Shown: positions 26,029 through 35,489 of the stretch, one piece after another
Position numbering within the stretch: the stretch's first letter is position 1
Layout: each line of letters begins with the position of its first letter
Assembly: GCA_934647305.1 (NCBI GenBank)
Contig: CAKUFI010000003.1
Span: 7,915 to 71,914 of the forward strand
Length of the DNA: 64,000 nucleotides
DNA from: an uncultured Clostridia bacterium
Lineage (GTDB): Bacteria > Bacillota > Clostridia > Christensenellales > Aristaeellaceae
Direction of reading: 5' to 3'
Notes under the pieces: generated by a model
Databases searched by the model: none
What the model was told of the DNA's origin: nothing
The model's input: the letters and a program-made list of their open reading frames with translations, nothing else
Program-made: the position numbers and the translations under genes

Positions 26029-27357
26029 ATGGCAAAGCCTCTGGTTGCAATCGTGGGACGGCCCAACGTGGGCAAGTCCACCTTCTTTAACAAGATGGCC
26101 GGCCGCCGCATCGCCATCGTCGAGGACACCCCCGGCGTGACCCGCGACCGCGTGTATGCCGACTGTACCTGGCAGAATTACGCCTTCACGCTGATCGACA
26201 CCGGCGGCATCGACCCCACCAGCGACGATCCGCTGCTCAAGCAGATGCGCCGCCAGGCCGAGATCGCCATCGAGACCTGCGACGTGATCCTGTTCTTCGT
26301 GGACGGGCGGCAGGGCCTGACCGCCGACGACGAGATGGTGGCCGACATGCTGCGCAGGAGCGGCAAGCCGGTCATGCTGGTGGTCAACAAGATCGACAGC
26401 GTGAACCAATTCAACGACATATACGACTTTTACCAGCTGGGCATCGGCGACCCGATTGGCATTTCCAGCGTGAACCTGATGAACATCGGCGACCTGCTGG
26501 AGGAAATGTGCAAGTACTTTCCCGACCCCGAGGAGGAGGAAGACCCCAACGCGCCGGTGCAGATCGCCGTGGTGGGCCGCCCGAACGTGGGCAAGTCCTC
26601 GCTGACCAACCGCATACTGGGTCAGGAGCGCGTGATGGTCTCCGACATCGCGGGCACGACGCGCGACGCCATCGACACCGAGTTCGAGGACAACGGCGAG
26701 CGCTTCGTCATCATCGACACGGCCGGCATCCGCAAGCGCAAGTCGATCGAGTATCAGTCTCTCGAGCGCTTCTCGGTGGTGCGGTCGCTGGCGGCGATCG
26801 ACCGGTGCGACGTGGCGCTTCTGCTCATCGACGCGACGCAGGGCGTGAGCGAGCAGGACAGCAAAATCGCCGGCTACATCGACGAGCAGGGCAAGGCGGC
26901 CATCATCGTGGTCAACAAGTGGGACGCGGTCGAGAAGGACACCGGCACGATGGATGAATTCTCGAAGAAAATCCGCGAAAACCTGAAGTTCATGGACTAC
27001 GCGCCCATACTCTACCTGTCCGCGCTGACCGGCCAGCGGTGCCAGAAGCTCATGGAGATGGTGCGCTCGGTCTACGAGCAGGCCACGCGCCGCGTCACCA
27101 CCGGCCTGCTCAACGACATCCTCACCGACGCGCAGGCCGCGCTTCAGCCCCCGGCCACCTCGGGCCGCAGGCTCAAGATTTACTACGCCACGCAGCAGGG
27201 AATCAAGCCCCCGACGTTCGTGTTCTTCGTCAACGACGAGAAGCTCATGCACTTCTCCTACGAGCGCTATCTGCAGAACCACTTCCGCAAGAGCTTCGGC
27301 TTCGAGGGCACGCCGCTGCGCTTTATCCTGCGCGAGAGGAAAACCGACGATCAGTAA
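26029..27357 (+). CDS. der: Ribosome-associated GTPase Der (EngA), tandem GTPase domains
   Basis: MAKPLVAIVGRPNVGKSTFFN and second G1 IAVVGRPNVGKSSLTN. KH-like C-terminus. Confidence 0.95.
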   Translation: MAKPLVAIVGRPNVGKSTFFNKMAGRRIAIVEDTPGVTRDRVYADCTWQNYAFTLIDTGGIDPTSDDPLLKQMRRQAEIAIETCDVILFFVDGRQGLTADDEMVADMLRRSGKPVMLVVNKIDSVNQFNDIYDFYQLGIGDPIGISSVNLMNIGDLLEEMCKYFPDPEEEEDPNAPVQIAVVGRPNVGKSSLTNRILGQERVMVSDIAGTTRDAIDTEFEDNGERFVIIDTAGIRKRKSIEYQSLERFSVVRSLAAIDRCDVALLLIDATQGVSEQDSKIAGYIDEQGKAAIIVVNKWDAVEKDTGTMDEFSKKIRENLKFMDYAPILYLSALTGQRCQKLMEMVRSVYEQATRRVTTGLLNDILTDAQAALQPPATSGRRLKIYYATQQGIKPPTFVFFVNDEKLMHFSYERYLQNHFRKSFGFEGTPLRFILRERKTDDQ

Positions 27358-27372
27358 CTGGAGGCATGTATC

Positions 27373-27996
27373 ATGATCTGGCTTAAGTATCTGCTCATTG
27401 CGGTGATCTGTTATTTCCTGGGGAATATCTCGACCGGCCTGCTGATCGGCAAGCTGACCGCCCAGATCGACATCCGGCAGCACGGCAGCGGCAACGCCGG
27501 CACCACCAACGTCATGCGCACGCTGGGCTGGGTGCCCTCGCTGCTGACGTTGGCGGGCGACGTGCTCAAGGCGGTGCTGGCGGTCGTCATCGGCCGGGCC
27601 ATCGCGGGCGAAATCGGCTGGATTGTGGGCGCGGTGGCGGTGCTGCTGGGCCACAACTGGCCGGTCGTGTTCGGCTTCAAGGGCGGCAAGGGCATGGCCT
27701 GCTCGCTGGGCATCATCCTGGCAACCGAGCCGCTGTTTGCGCTGATCGTGCTGGCGGTTCAGGTGCTGGTGCTGGTGATTACGCGCTACATGTCGGTCGC
27801 CTCGCTGACCACGTCGGTGCTCTACCCGGTGCTGGTGATCTGCCTGCACGGGAGCGACACGCCCTATGTGGTCTTCTCGATCCTGGCCGCCTGCCTGGCG
27901 ATCTTCTGCCACCGCTCGAACATCTCCCGCCTGATTCACCACACCGAAAACCGGCTGGACTTCTCGAAGATCAAGAAGTTCAACCGCAAAAAGTGA
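27373..27996 (+). CDS. plsY: Glycerol-3-phosphate acyltransferase PlsY
   Basis: GSGNAGTTNVMRTLG motif. ~5 TM. GGAGG SD. Confidence 0.9.
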   Translation: MIWLKYLLIAVICYFLGNISTGLLIGKLTAQIDIRQHGSGNAGTTNVMRTLGWVPSLLTLAGDVLKAVLAVVIGRAIAGEIGWIVGAVAVLLGHNWPVVFGFKGGKGMACSLGIILATEPLFALIVLAVQVLVLVITRYMSVASLTTSVLYPVLVICLHGSDTPYVVFSILAACLAIFCHRSNISRLIHHTENRLDFSKIKKFNRKK

Positions 27997-27998
27997 AG

Positions 27999-28154
27999 AT
28001 GGCCGGCATTCTGCTGACGGCCGCGGGGCTGGCGGGATATGCCGCCGTGCGGCACCTGCGCAGAAAGGATCGCCTGAAGGCGCGCGCGGAGCTTCCCCTG
28101 TGCCTGGCCTGCGTGGCCGCCGAGGCGCTCGGAGTGTACCTGATGATTTTTTAG
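27999..28154 (+). CDS. Small hydrophobic protein (51 aa), candidate
   Basis: ATG 3 nt after plsY stop. Single TM plus basic stretch. Not in track (<60 aa). Confidence 0.3.
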   Translation: MAGILLTAAGLAGYAAVRHLRRKDRLKARAELPLCLACVAAEALGVYLMIF

Positions 28155-28164
28155 GAGGCGCCCT

Positions 28165-28338
28165 ATGAACTGGCTCAATCCCTACCTCTGGATCGTCGCG
28201 GGCTTCGCGATGTACCTGGTGCTGCTCGTCATCCACCGCACCGTCTGCGAGCTGCCCCACACGCTCTACGTGCTCGGGCTGGGCGTCGCGACGGCCATCG
28301 AGCTGCTGGGCTTCTGCCTGCTGCGATTCAGGGCGTAA
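28165..28338 (+). CDS. Small membrane protein (57 aa, two predicted TM helices), candidate
   Basis: TAGGAGG SD 6 nt upstream of ATG. MNWLNPYLWIVAGFAMYLVLLVIH...ELLGFCLLRFRA. Confidence 0.4.
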   Translation: MNWLNPYLWIVAGFAMYLVLLVIHRTVCELPHTLYVLGLGVATAIELLGFCLLRFRA

Positions 28339-28375
28339 AACCGCCGCTTTTCAGGCGAAAATTACCCGGGCGCGG

Positions 28376-28404
28376 TTGACAAGCGGCCGGGTTTGTGTGA
28401 TAAT
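28376..28404 (+). promoter_or_regulatory. Promoter TTGACA-17-TGtGATAAT for aspS
   Basis: Sequence inspection. Short leader, no T-box recognised. Confidence 0.4.
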
Positions 28405-28482
28405 TATTGGGTATGAACAGGCGCTTTGCCTAAGTGCCTGCCCGTGTTTCAAAAGACTATGAACGGATAGAGGTAAGTGAGC

Positions 28483-30249
28483 ATGTTCCAGTCCAGAACC
28501 CATACCTGCGGCGAGTTGCGCCTGTCCGACGCCGGAAAGAAGGTCACTCTGGTCGGTTGGATGGAAAACGTCCGCGAGGTCGGCAGCACGCTGGCCTTCG
28601 TGATCCTGCGCGACTTCTACGGCACGACCCAGATCGTGGTGGAAAACAACGACGAAATCATGGCCTTTATCAAGGGCCTGAACTGCGAGTCCACCATCTC
28701 CGTGACCGGCACCGTGCGCGAGCGCTCCAGCAAGAACCCCAAGCTGCCCACCGGCGAAATCGAGGTGGTGCCTGAGAAGGCGGAGCTGCTGGGCAAGTGC
28801 ATCTACAACGAGCTGCCCTTCGAAATCAACCGCTCCCGCGAGGCCGACGAAAACACCCGCCTGCGCTATCGTTACCTCGACCTGCGCAACCCGGCGGTCA
28901 AGAGCAAGATCGTGCTGCGCAGCCAGATCGTCTCCGACCTGCGCCGCAGCATGACCGACCACGGCTTCCTGGAGATCACCACGCCCATCCTGACCAGCTC
29001 CTCGCCCGAGGGCGCGCGCGACTACCTAGTGCCCTCCCGCATCCATCCCGGCAAGTTCTACGCCCTGCCCCAGGCCCCGCAGCAGTTCAAGCAGCTGCTG
29101 ATGACCTCCGGCTTCGACCGTTATTTCCAGATCGCCCCCTGCTTCCGCGACGAGGACGCCCGCGCGGACCGCTCCCCCGGCGAGTTCTATCAGCTGGACA
29201 TGGAGATGGCCTTCGCCTCCCAGGAGGACGTGTTCGCGGTGCTGGAGGACGTGCTGCCCCCCATCTTCGCCCGGTACGGCAAGTACAACCGCGCCTCGAG
29301 CGCGCCCTTCAAGCGCATCGCCTACAACGACGCGATGGACAGGTACGGCTCCGACAAGCCCGACCTGCGCATCAAGCTGCTGGTGGACGACGTGACCGCG
29401 CTTATGCAGGGCACCGGCTTTGAACCCTTCGAGGGCAGCATGGTCAAGGCGGTGGTCGTGCCCTCGTTCAGCCAGACCCGCAAGTTCATCGACAACCTGA
29501 TGAAGGACGTCGAGGTGCAGTCGGGCGGCAAGGGCTACTGGTTCAAGGTGGGCGACGATGGCTCCTTCTCCGGCGGCATCGCCAAGTTCGTGGCCGACCG
29601 CAGCGCGCAGCTGACCGAGGCGCTCTCGCTCAAGCCGGGCGCGTGCGTGTTCCTGTGCGCGGGCAAGAAGACCGCGGCGCAGAAGACCGCCGGCGTGATG
29701 CGCAAGATGCTGGGCAACGCGCTGCCTGAATACATGGACAAGGAATGCTATGAGTTCTGCTGGATCGTGGACTTCCCGATGTACGAAATCGGCGAGGAGT
29801 CCGGCGAACTCGAGTTCTGCCACAACCCCTTCTCGATGCCCCAGGGCGGCCTGAAGGCGCTGTGCGAGCAGGATCCGCTGACCATCAACGCCTATCAGTA
29901 CGACCTGGTCTGCAACGGCGTGGAGTTGTCCTCCGGCGCGGTGCGCAACCACGACCCGGAGATCATGATCAAGGCCTTCGAGCTGGTGGGCCTGGGCGAG
30001 GCCGACGTGAAGGCCAAGTTCCCCGCCATGTACAACGCCTTCTGCTATGGCGCGCCGCCGCATGCCGGCATTGCGCCCGGCGTGGACCGCATGGTCATGC
30101 TGATCGCGGGCGAGGACAGCATTCGCGAGGTCATCCCCTTCCCGATGAACAAGAACGCGCAGGATCTGATGATGGGCGCGCCCTCCTTCGTCGAGCCCAA
30201 ACAGCTCACCGACGTGCACATCGCCATCCTGGAAAAGGAAAAGGACTGA
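28483..30249 (+). CDS. aspS: Aspartate--tRNA ligase
   Basis: Class II aaRS. N-terminal OB anticodon-binding domain (RTHTCGELRLSDAGKKVTLVGW...), motifs FYQLDMEMAF, GGIAPGVDRMVML-type C-terminus. Confidence 0.95.
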   Translation: MFQSRTHTCGELRLSDAGKKVTLVGWMENVREVGSTLAFVILRDFYGTTQIVVENNDEIMAFIKGLNCESTISVTGTVRERSSKNPKLPTGEIEVVPEKAELLGKCIYNELPFEINRSREADENTRLRYRYLDLRNPAVKSKIVLRSQIVSDLRRSMTDHGFLEITTPILTSSSPEGARDYLVPSRIHPGKFYALPQAPQQFKQLLMTSGFDRYFQIAPCFRDEDARADRSPGEFYQLDMEMAFASQEDVFAVLEDVLPPIFARYGKYNRASSAPFKRIAYNDAMDRYGSDKPDLRIKLLVDDVTALMQGTGFEPFEGSMVKAVVVPSFSQTRKFIDNLMKDVEVQSGGKGYWFKVGDDGSFSGGIAKFVADRSAQLTEALSLKPGACVFLCAGKKTAAQKTAGVMRKMLGNALPEYMDKECYEFCWIVDFPMYEIGEESGELEFCHNPFSMPQGGLKALCEQDPLTINAYQYDLVCNGVELSSGAVRNHDPEIMIKAFELVGLGEADVKAKFPAMYNAFCYGAPPHAGIAPGVDRMVMLIAGEDSIREVIPFPMNKNAQDLMMGAPSFVEPKQLTDVHIAILEKEKD

Positions 30250-30270
30250 ACAGTAAAAGCCTGATTCAGC

Positions 30271-30303
30271 GGCTCCCTCGGAGATTCTCCGGGGGAGTTT
30301 TTG
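30271..30303 (+). terminator. Intrinsic terminator after aspS (CTCCCTCGGAG-att-CTCCGGGGGAG + TTTTT)
   Basis: 11-bp stem with 1 mismatch followed by T5. Confidence 0.6.
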
Positions 30304-30423
30304 CATGCCTGAAGCCGCTCCGTTTAACAGGGATTTGAGAATGACGTGAGTACGGGTTTACCGGCCTGATGTATACTTGACACTGTAAAAGAGAGGACAA
30401 ATTCAAGTATGCAGGAGGGGCAT

Positions 30424-32181
30424 ATGAGCTTAACGAACTTTCTGACGCTGCTGGGCGGCCTGGCAATGTTCCTGTACGGCATGCACGTGATGGGGGCGTC
30501 GCTGGAAAAGCGGGCGGGCGACCGGCTCAAGACCCTGCTCAGCCGCCTGACGGCCAGCCGAATCCGCGGCTTTCTGCTGGGCCTGGGCGTGACGGCGATC
30601 ATCCAGTCTTCCTCGGCCACGACGGTGATGGTGGTCGGCTTCGTGAACTCGGGCCTGATGACGCTGGGTCAGTCGATCTACATCATCATGGGTGCGAACG
30701 TGGGCACCTCGGTGACCAGCTGGCTCCTGTCGCTGACCGGTATCAGCGGCGACGCGTGGTACATCACGATGCTCAAGCCGTCCTGCTTCACGCCGGTGCT
30801 GGCCTTTGTCGGCGTCGCGATGCTGATGTTCAGCAAGCAGGACAGTAAAAAGGATACGGCGGGCATTTTCCTGGGCTTCGCGGTGCTGATGTTCGGCATG
30901 GAGCAGATGTCGGGCGCGGTGGCCCCGCTGGCGGACTCCCCCGCCTTCTCGAACCTGCTGACCATGTTCTCCAGCCCCGTGCTGGGCGTGCTGGCCGGCG
31001 CGGTGTTCACGGCGATTATCCAGTCCTCCTCGGCCTCGGTCGGCATTCTGCAGGCGCTGTCGCTGACCGGAACAGTGACCTACGCCGCGGCCATTCCGGT
31101 CATACTGGGCCAGAACATCGGCACCTGCATCACGGCGCTGCTCTCCTCGATCGGCGCAACCCGCGACGCGAAGCGCGCCTCGATGGTTCACCTGTTCTTC
31201 AACATCATCGGCGTGGCGGTCTGGCTGGTCGTGTACATCCTGGTCAGCACGCTGTGCAGGCCGGCGATCCTGGCCATGTCCATTAACCCGCTGGGCATCG
31301 CCGTCATCCACACCGCCTTCAACCTGCTGAGCACGATCATGCTGATGCCGTTTGGCCAGGTGCTGGAGAAGCTGGCGCGCCTGACCGTGCCGGATGGCAA
31401 GGGCAGGAAGGAAGAGATTTCGCTGCTGGACGAGCGCCTGTTCATCACCCCCGCGGTCGCGCTGGAACGCGCGCACACGGTGCTCCTGCAGATGGCTCAG
31501 CTCTCGCGCAAAACCCTCAATGAGTCGCTGGAGCTGGTGACCAGGTATGACGAAAAGCTGGCGCGCAGCGTGTCCGAGGGCGAAAGGCGGGCCGACGAGT
31601 ACGAGGACAAGCTGGGCACCTACCTGGTCAAGCTGTCCAGCCGCAGCATGAGCGTCGCAAACAGTCACGATCTGACCAAGTACCTGCACATGATCGGCGA
31701 TTTTGAGCGCATCAGCGACCACGCCGTCAACATCCTGGAATCCGCCCGCGAGCTGCACGACAAGCGCCTGTGCTTCTCGAACGAGGCGCAGCAGGAGCTG
31801 AACGTGATGATCCGCGCCGTACACGAGGCGCTGAGCCTGACGCTGGAGGCGCTGCTTCATAACGACCTGGATACCGCCAGCCGCGTCGAGCCGCTTGAAC
31901 AGGTAATCGACCTGCTCAACAAGAGCATCAAGAGCCGCCACATCGACCGCCTGACCCGCGGCGAATGCACGATCGAGCAGGGCTTCGTGCTCAGCGACCT
32001 GCTCGCCAACCTGGAGCGCGTCTCCGACCACTGCTCCAACCTGGCGGTCTGCCTGATCGAAATCGCGCACAACAGCATGGACACGCACGAATACCTGCAT
32101 GACGTGCAGGAGAACCAGGCCGAGTTCATGCGCCTGTTCGACCAGTACAAGCACACCTACGCCCTCCCCGAGCAGGCTTAA
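30424..32181 (+). CDS. Na/Pi cotransporter family protein with C-terminal PhoU-like domains
   Basis: N-terminal LGGLAMFLYGM...IQSSSATTVMVVGFV and second IIQSSSASVGILQAL repeat. PhoU-like helical C-terminal ~200 aa. CAGGAGGGG SD. Confidence 0.85.
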   Translation: MSLTNFLTLLGGLAMFLYGMHVMGASLEKRAGDRLKTLLSRLTASRIRGFLLGLGVTAIIQSSSATTVMVVGFVNSGLMTLGQSIYIIMGANVGTSVTSWLLSLTGISGDAWYITMLKPSCFTPVLAFVGVAMLMFSKQDSKKDTAGIFLGFAVLMFGMEQMSGAVAPLADSPAFSNLLTMFSSPVLGVLAGAVFTAIIQSSSASVGILQALSLTGTVTYAAAIPVILGQNIGTCITALLSSIGATRDAKRASMVHLFFNIIGVAVWLVVYILVSTLCRPAILAMSINPLGIAVIHTAFNLLSTIMLMPFGQVLEKLARLTVPDGKGRKEEISLLDERLFITPAVALERAHTVLLQMAQLSRKTLNESLELVTRYDEKLARSVSEGERRADEYEDKLGTYLVKLSSRSMSVANSHDLTKYLHMIGDFERISDHAVNILESARELHDKRLCFSNEAQQELNVMIRAVHEALSLTLEALLHNDLDTASRVEPLEQVIDLLNKSIKSRHIDRLTRGECTIEQGFVLSDLLANLERVSDHCSNLAVCLIEIAHNSMDTHEYLHDVQENQAEFMRLFDQYKHTYALPEQA

Positions 32182-32197
32182 TCCAGATATACGCAAC

Positions 32198-32236
32198 TCC
32201 CTCCGGGCACGCTCGCCCGGAGGGAGTTTTCGTTTC
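32198..32236 (+). terminator. Intrinsic terminator (perfect 12-bp stem CTCCCTCCGGGC/GCCCGGAGGGAG + TTTTCGTTT)
   Basis: Located between the convergent Na/Pi transporter and DMT transporter genes. Confidence 0.65.
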
Positions 32237-32285
32237 AGCCGGATTCATGCGCTTCGAGCAAGACTTCGCCCGTTCAGGAGCTGTT

Positions 32286-33272
32286 TCATTTTCTTGCGGC
32301 CGCTTTTCGGGAGAGCTCGAGAGGGGCTTTTCTCAGAAAAGCCGCCTCTCGATCGTTCCCTCCCCCCAGCCAGATGCCGGCAAAAACACAGGCGAACGCG
32401 ATGAGATAGCCCGGGCGCAGGATGTTTTCGCCCAGCAGAACGGCCGAACACAGCGCGCCGAAGAGCGGCTCGGCAAACTTGATCTGGTTGAGCCGGGAAA
32501 GGTCGTTGTGCGCCAGCAGCAGGTTCCACAGGGCGTAGCCCAGGCAGGAGGCCAGGCACAGGTAGCCAAACAGTCCCAGCGCGCCGGGCGTGACTTGCCC
32601 AAACCGCCCGCCCAGCAGCAGTCCCGCCGCCGTGAGCATCACCCCGCCGAACAGCTGCGCCCAGGCGGTGACGCTCAGCGGATCCAGTCGGTCGTAGGCG
32701 GCCTTCGACACCAGCATCGAGGCGGCCGAGCACAGCGACGCGGCCAGCACCAGCGCCTCGCCCCGTCCCAGGTGGATCTTCAGCCCATCCAGGTTGATCG
32801 CCAGAATGCCCGCGAAGCCCAGCAGACCGCTGACCAGCTTGCGCGCGGTGAAGCGATCCTCCTTCCTGAACAGAAACGCAAAGCAGATCAGCAGCAGCGA
32901 CCCGGTCTGCTTGAGCAGGGCGGTTTTCGAGCTCTCGATCAGGGAGACGCCGAGGTAGGTGCAGGTGTAGTGCGCCGCGTAGCCGGTCAGCGCGATGAGC
33001 AGTATGGGGCGCAGCGAGCGCCTCTCGGGCAGGCAGGCCCGAAGCGAACGTCCGCCTGAACAGGCGCAGGCCGCGAGCAGCAGCGCCGCGCCGCAGACCA
33101 GAAAGCGCACGCCCGCAAACAGCAGGATGTCCGCCGGGCGGGCCGCGTCGATCGACAGCGCGCGATAGCTCAGCTTGATGCAGGGATACAGCGACCCCCA
33201 GAAAAACATGGCGAGCAGCGCCAGCGGCGTGGCGGCCTTCCGGCTGCCGAACAGATCTTTTTTCATATGCAT
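32286..33272 (-). CDS. DMT-superfamily (EamA-like) transporter; last ~20 codons read through a family B repeat
   Basis: 10 predicted TM segments. Start MHMKKDLF at 33272 (or 33266). Track ORF extends further 5' into the repeat island (artefact). Confidence 0.7.
   Translation of the reverse strand: MHMKKDLFGSRKAATPLALLAMFFWGSLYPCIKLSYRALSIDAARPADILLFAGVRFLVCGAALLLAACACSGGRSLRACLPERRSLRPILLIALTGYAAHYTCTYLGVSLIESSKTALLKQTGSLLLICFAFLFRKEDRFTARKLVSGLLGFAGILAINLDGLKIHLGRGEALVLAASLCSAASMLVSKAAYDRLDPLSVTAWAQLFGGVMLTAAGLLLGGRFGQVTPGALGLFGYLCLASCLGYALWNLLLAHNDLSRLNQIKFAEPLFGALCSAVLLGENILRPGYLIAFACVFAGIWLGGGNDREAAFLRKAPLELSRKAAARK
32288..32348. repeat. Family B hairpin unit (GAGAGGGGCTTTTCTCAGAAAAGCCGCCTCTC) overlapped by the 3' end of the DMT transporter CDS
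   Basis: Related units at 37340-37380, 58275-58314, 58570-58610, 60725-60755. Confidence 0.5.
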
Positions 33273-33285
33273 TTCTACTCTTTCC

Positions 33286-33830
33286 GTGAAATCCAGAGAT
33301 TTAAGAGGCAGCCCTTCCGGTCGGCAGGGCCGACAGCCACCTGCTGCCGCCGGGTCGGCAGGGCCGACAGCCACCTGCTGCCGCGGGGTCGGCAGGGCCG
33401 ACAGCCACCTGCTTCCGCCGAAGCCAAGACGAATCCTTCGGCCATAAATTGAAGCCTCAGGATTCTTCGTTTGGAGAGAATCAGATGCAGTACCCCGCAA
33501 GAGCTGCGGCAGGCTGAGCCTGCACCCACTTGCTGCCGCGGGTTCTGGCGACGAATTCGGGAACCATAAATTAGAATTCCCGAATTCTCCGAATCCACGA
33601 AATCCTTCGTGGATTGACGGTCGGGCAGGCTGAGCCTGCACCCACTGGCTGCCGCCGGACAGCACACGAAATTGGGAACCATAGATTAGAGTCCCCAATT
33701 TCTCCGTTTTTCCGGAATTCTCCGAAAAACTCCTGTCGGCATTGCCGACTCGGGCAATGGCGCGGGGAGCGTGCTTCCCCGATCACCAGCTTGCCAAACC
33801 CCTTTTGACAAGCTGAGGCGGCCTTTCGGA
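33286..33830. repeat. Mosaic repeat island: 3 tandem 33-bp units GGTCGGCAGGGCCGACAGCCACCTGCTGCCGCC (33322-33420), two family A units (33500-33590, 33615-33710), partial family E end (33735-33830)
   Basis: Direct sequence comparison with the 18836-19612 and 58262-58870 islands. Confidence 0.8.
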
Positions 33831-33904
33831 AAAAGCCGCCTCTTTCTCATGCCGCCGGTTCAATCAGGCCCGTCAGCCCGCGCCGCGCGGCTCTTCATGA
33901 ATGC

Positions 33905-35371
33905 TCAGCGATTGGTATACCACTCGTTCAGCGCGTCCAGGATCTCCTGACCGCCGAGCTTCTCCCATTCGGCCTTCATGTCGTCGAACTTGTCCATCGA
34001 GTACTCGTTCATGATGAACTTCACGCGATAGGTGGCGTACAGGTCGCTCAGGTCGGTCTTGCCGTCCTGATACTCAGAAATGTTCGGCACGGTCTCCAGC
34101 GGATCCTTGACCTCCTTGGCACTGTACCAGATGCGCTGGCTGTTGTCCAGGCGCTCCTCGCTCTGGCTCATGCCCAGGCGGTCGATGCGCTGATCCTTGG
34201 TCTCTTTGACGTAGTAGTACACGTAGAACTGCGCGCCGGAGGTGCTGAAGGCCTTGCCGATGGGCGAGTCGGTGCGCACGCGCTTGCCGTCCTCGTTGTA
34301 GACGTAGTCCACGCCCTCCTGGCCGTACATGCAGATCTTGTAGTAGTCGTCGGTGCACATGGTGCGGATGACGTTGACAGCGGCCTGCACGTCCTCGCAG
34401 GCATAGGTCACGCAGCAGTAGTACTGCACGCGGCCGCCGGTGGTCTGCCCCTTGGTGGGACGGCCGCCATCGATCATGGCGACCTGCGCCCACTTGGTCA
34501 GCGCGCCCTTGCCCTCGTCGTCGGCCATGACGTTGCGATAGCCGCCGGTATAGGTGTACCATTCCACGCCCAGGGTCACGACCTCGTCGTTGCTGATCTC
34601 GGCCATGACGTTTTCCTTGGTGTTGACCTGGAATTCCTTGTCGAGAATACCGTCCGCATACAGCTTCTGCATGTAGGCCAGGTACTCGCGCCTGTCCTCA
34701 GACACGCGGGTGTCCTCCAGCGCGCCGTCGGCGGTCTCGCGATAGTCGTTGGCGATGCCGAAGGCCGCCTGGATGAAGTCGAAGTGCATGCCGCCCAGGA
34801 TGATCTTGTCCGGGTAGGTTTCCTTGAGCTTGTAGAGGATGTCGGTGAACTCGTCCAGCGTCAGGTTCTCCGGCACGGTGATGCCGGCCTGCTCCATGAG
34901 CGCCCTGTTATACATCCAGATGTGGGTGGAGGAGGACTGGTTGCCGGGGGTGGTGATGGCATACTTGCCGCCGTCCAGCACGCCCACCTCGGCGACCGCT
35001 TCCACGTCCTCGGGCAGGAAGCCTTCGGGCAGGTAGTCGTCGAGCTGCTGCAGCATGCCCTCGTTGTAGTAGTTCAGGAAGTTGTCGCGGCCGGTAAACA
35101 GGATGTCGGGCGCCTCGTCCTTGGAGGCCATCATGACGTTGAGCTTGGCCTGGCCGTTCTCAGTGGGCAGGATGTTCCAGGTCAGATCGACGCCGCTTTC
35201 ATCCTCGATGTAGTGGATGATGTAGTTGTTGTTCTCGTCCTCGCCCTCGAGGAAGGACTGCATGTTGCCGCCCCAGACCACGCTCAGCTGCGGCCTGCTC
35301 TCCTCGGCGGACACGGTGAAGGCGCACAGGATCATCGCCAGCGCCAGAATCAGGGTTACGATACGCTTCAT
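33905..35371 (-). CDS. Extracellular solute-binding protein, family 1 (carbohydrate ABC transporter)
   Basis: Signal peptide MKRIVTLILALAMILCAFTVSA. AAGGAGG SD. Upstream of two permeases. Confidence 0.85.
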   Translation of the reverse strand: MKRIVTLILALAMILCAFTVSAEESRPQLSVVWGGNMQSFLEGEDENNNYIIHYIEDESGVDLTWNILPTENGQAKLNVMMASKDEAPDILFTGRDNFLNYYNEGMLQQLDDYLPEGFLPEDVEAVAEVGVLDGGKYAITTPGNQSSSTHIWMYNRALMEQAGITVPENLTLDEFTDILYKLKETYPDKIILGGMHFDFIQAAFGIANDYRETADGALEDTRVSEDRREYLAYMQKLYADGILDKEFQVNTKENVMAEISNDEVVTLGVEWYTYTGGYRNVMADDEGKGALTKWAQVAMIDGGRPTKGQTTGGRVQYYCCVTYACEDVQAAVNVIRTMCTDDYYKICMYGQEGVDYVYNEDGKRVRTDSPIGKAFSTSGAQFYVYYYVKETKDQRIDRLGMSQSEERLDNSQRIWYSAKEVKDPLETVPNISEYQDGKTDLSDLYATYRVKFIMNEYSMDKFDDMKAEWEKLGGQEILDALNEWYTNR

Positions 35372-35489
35372 GGTATTTTCCTCCTTGACAAATAAAAAGT
35401 GTGAATGTCGATGAACCGGGGAACAGACGCGCGGCTCTTTTCCTCCTCCCTTCCGCGAGTATTTGCGGCTCGTTCGCCCGATGGGATCG

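Noticed and set aside
23900-28260. Minus-strand ORFs 23900..25870 (656 aa) and 25867..28260 (797 aa)
   Set aside because: Antisense to the SGNH esterase, DUF6259-like, der and plsY genes.
29026-32196. Minus-strand ORFs 29026..30306 and 30430..32196
   Set aside because: Antisense to aspS and the Na/Pi cotransporter gene.
33322-33420. Possible CRISPR array (direct repeats)
   Set aside because: 33-bp units are contiguous with no spacers. Other repeat loci are irregular mosaics. No cas genes.
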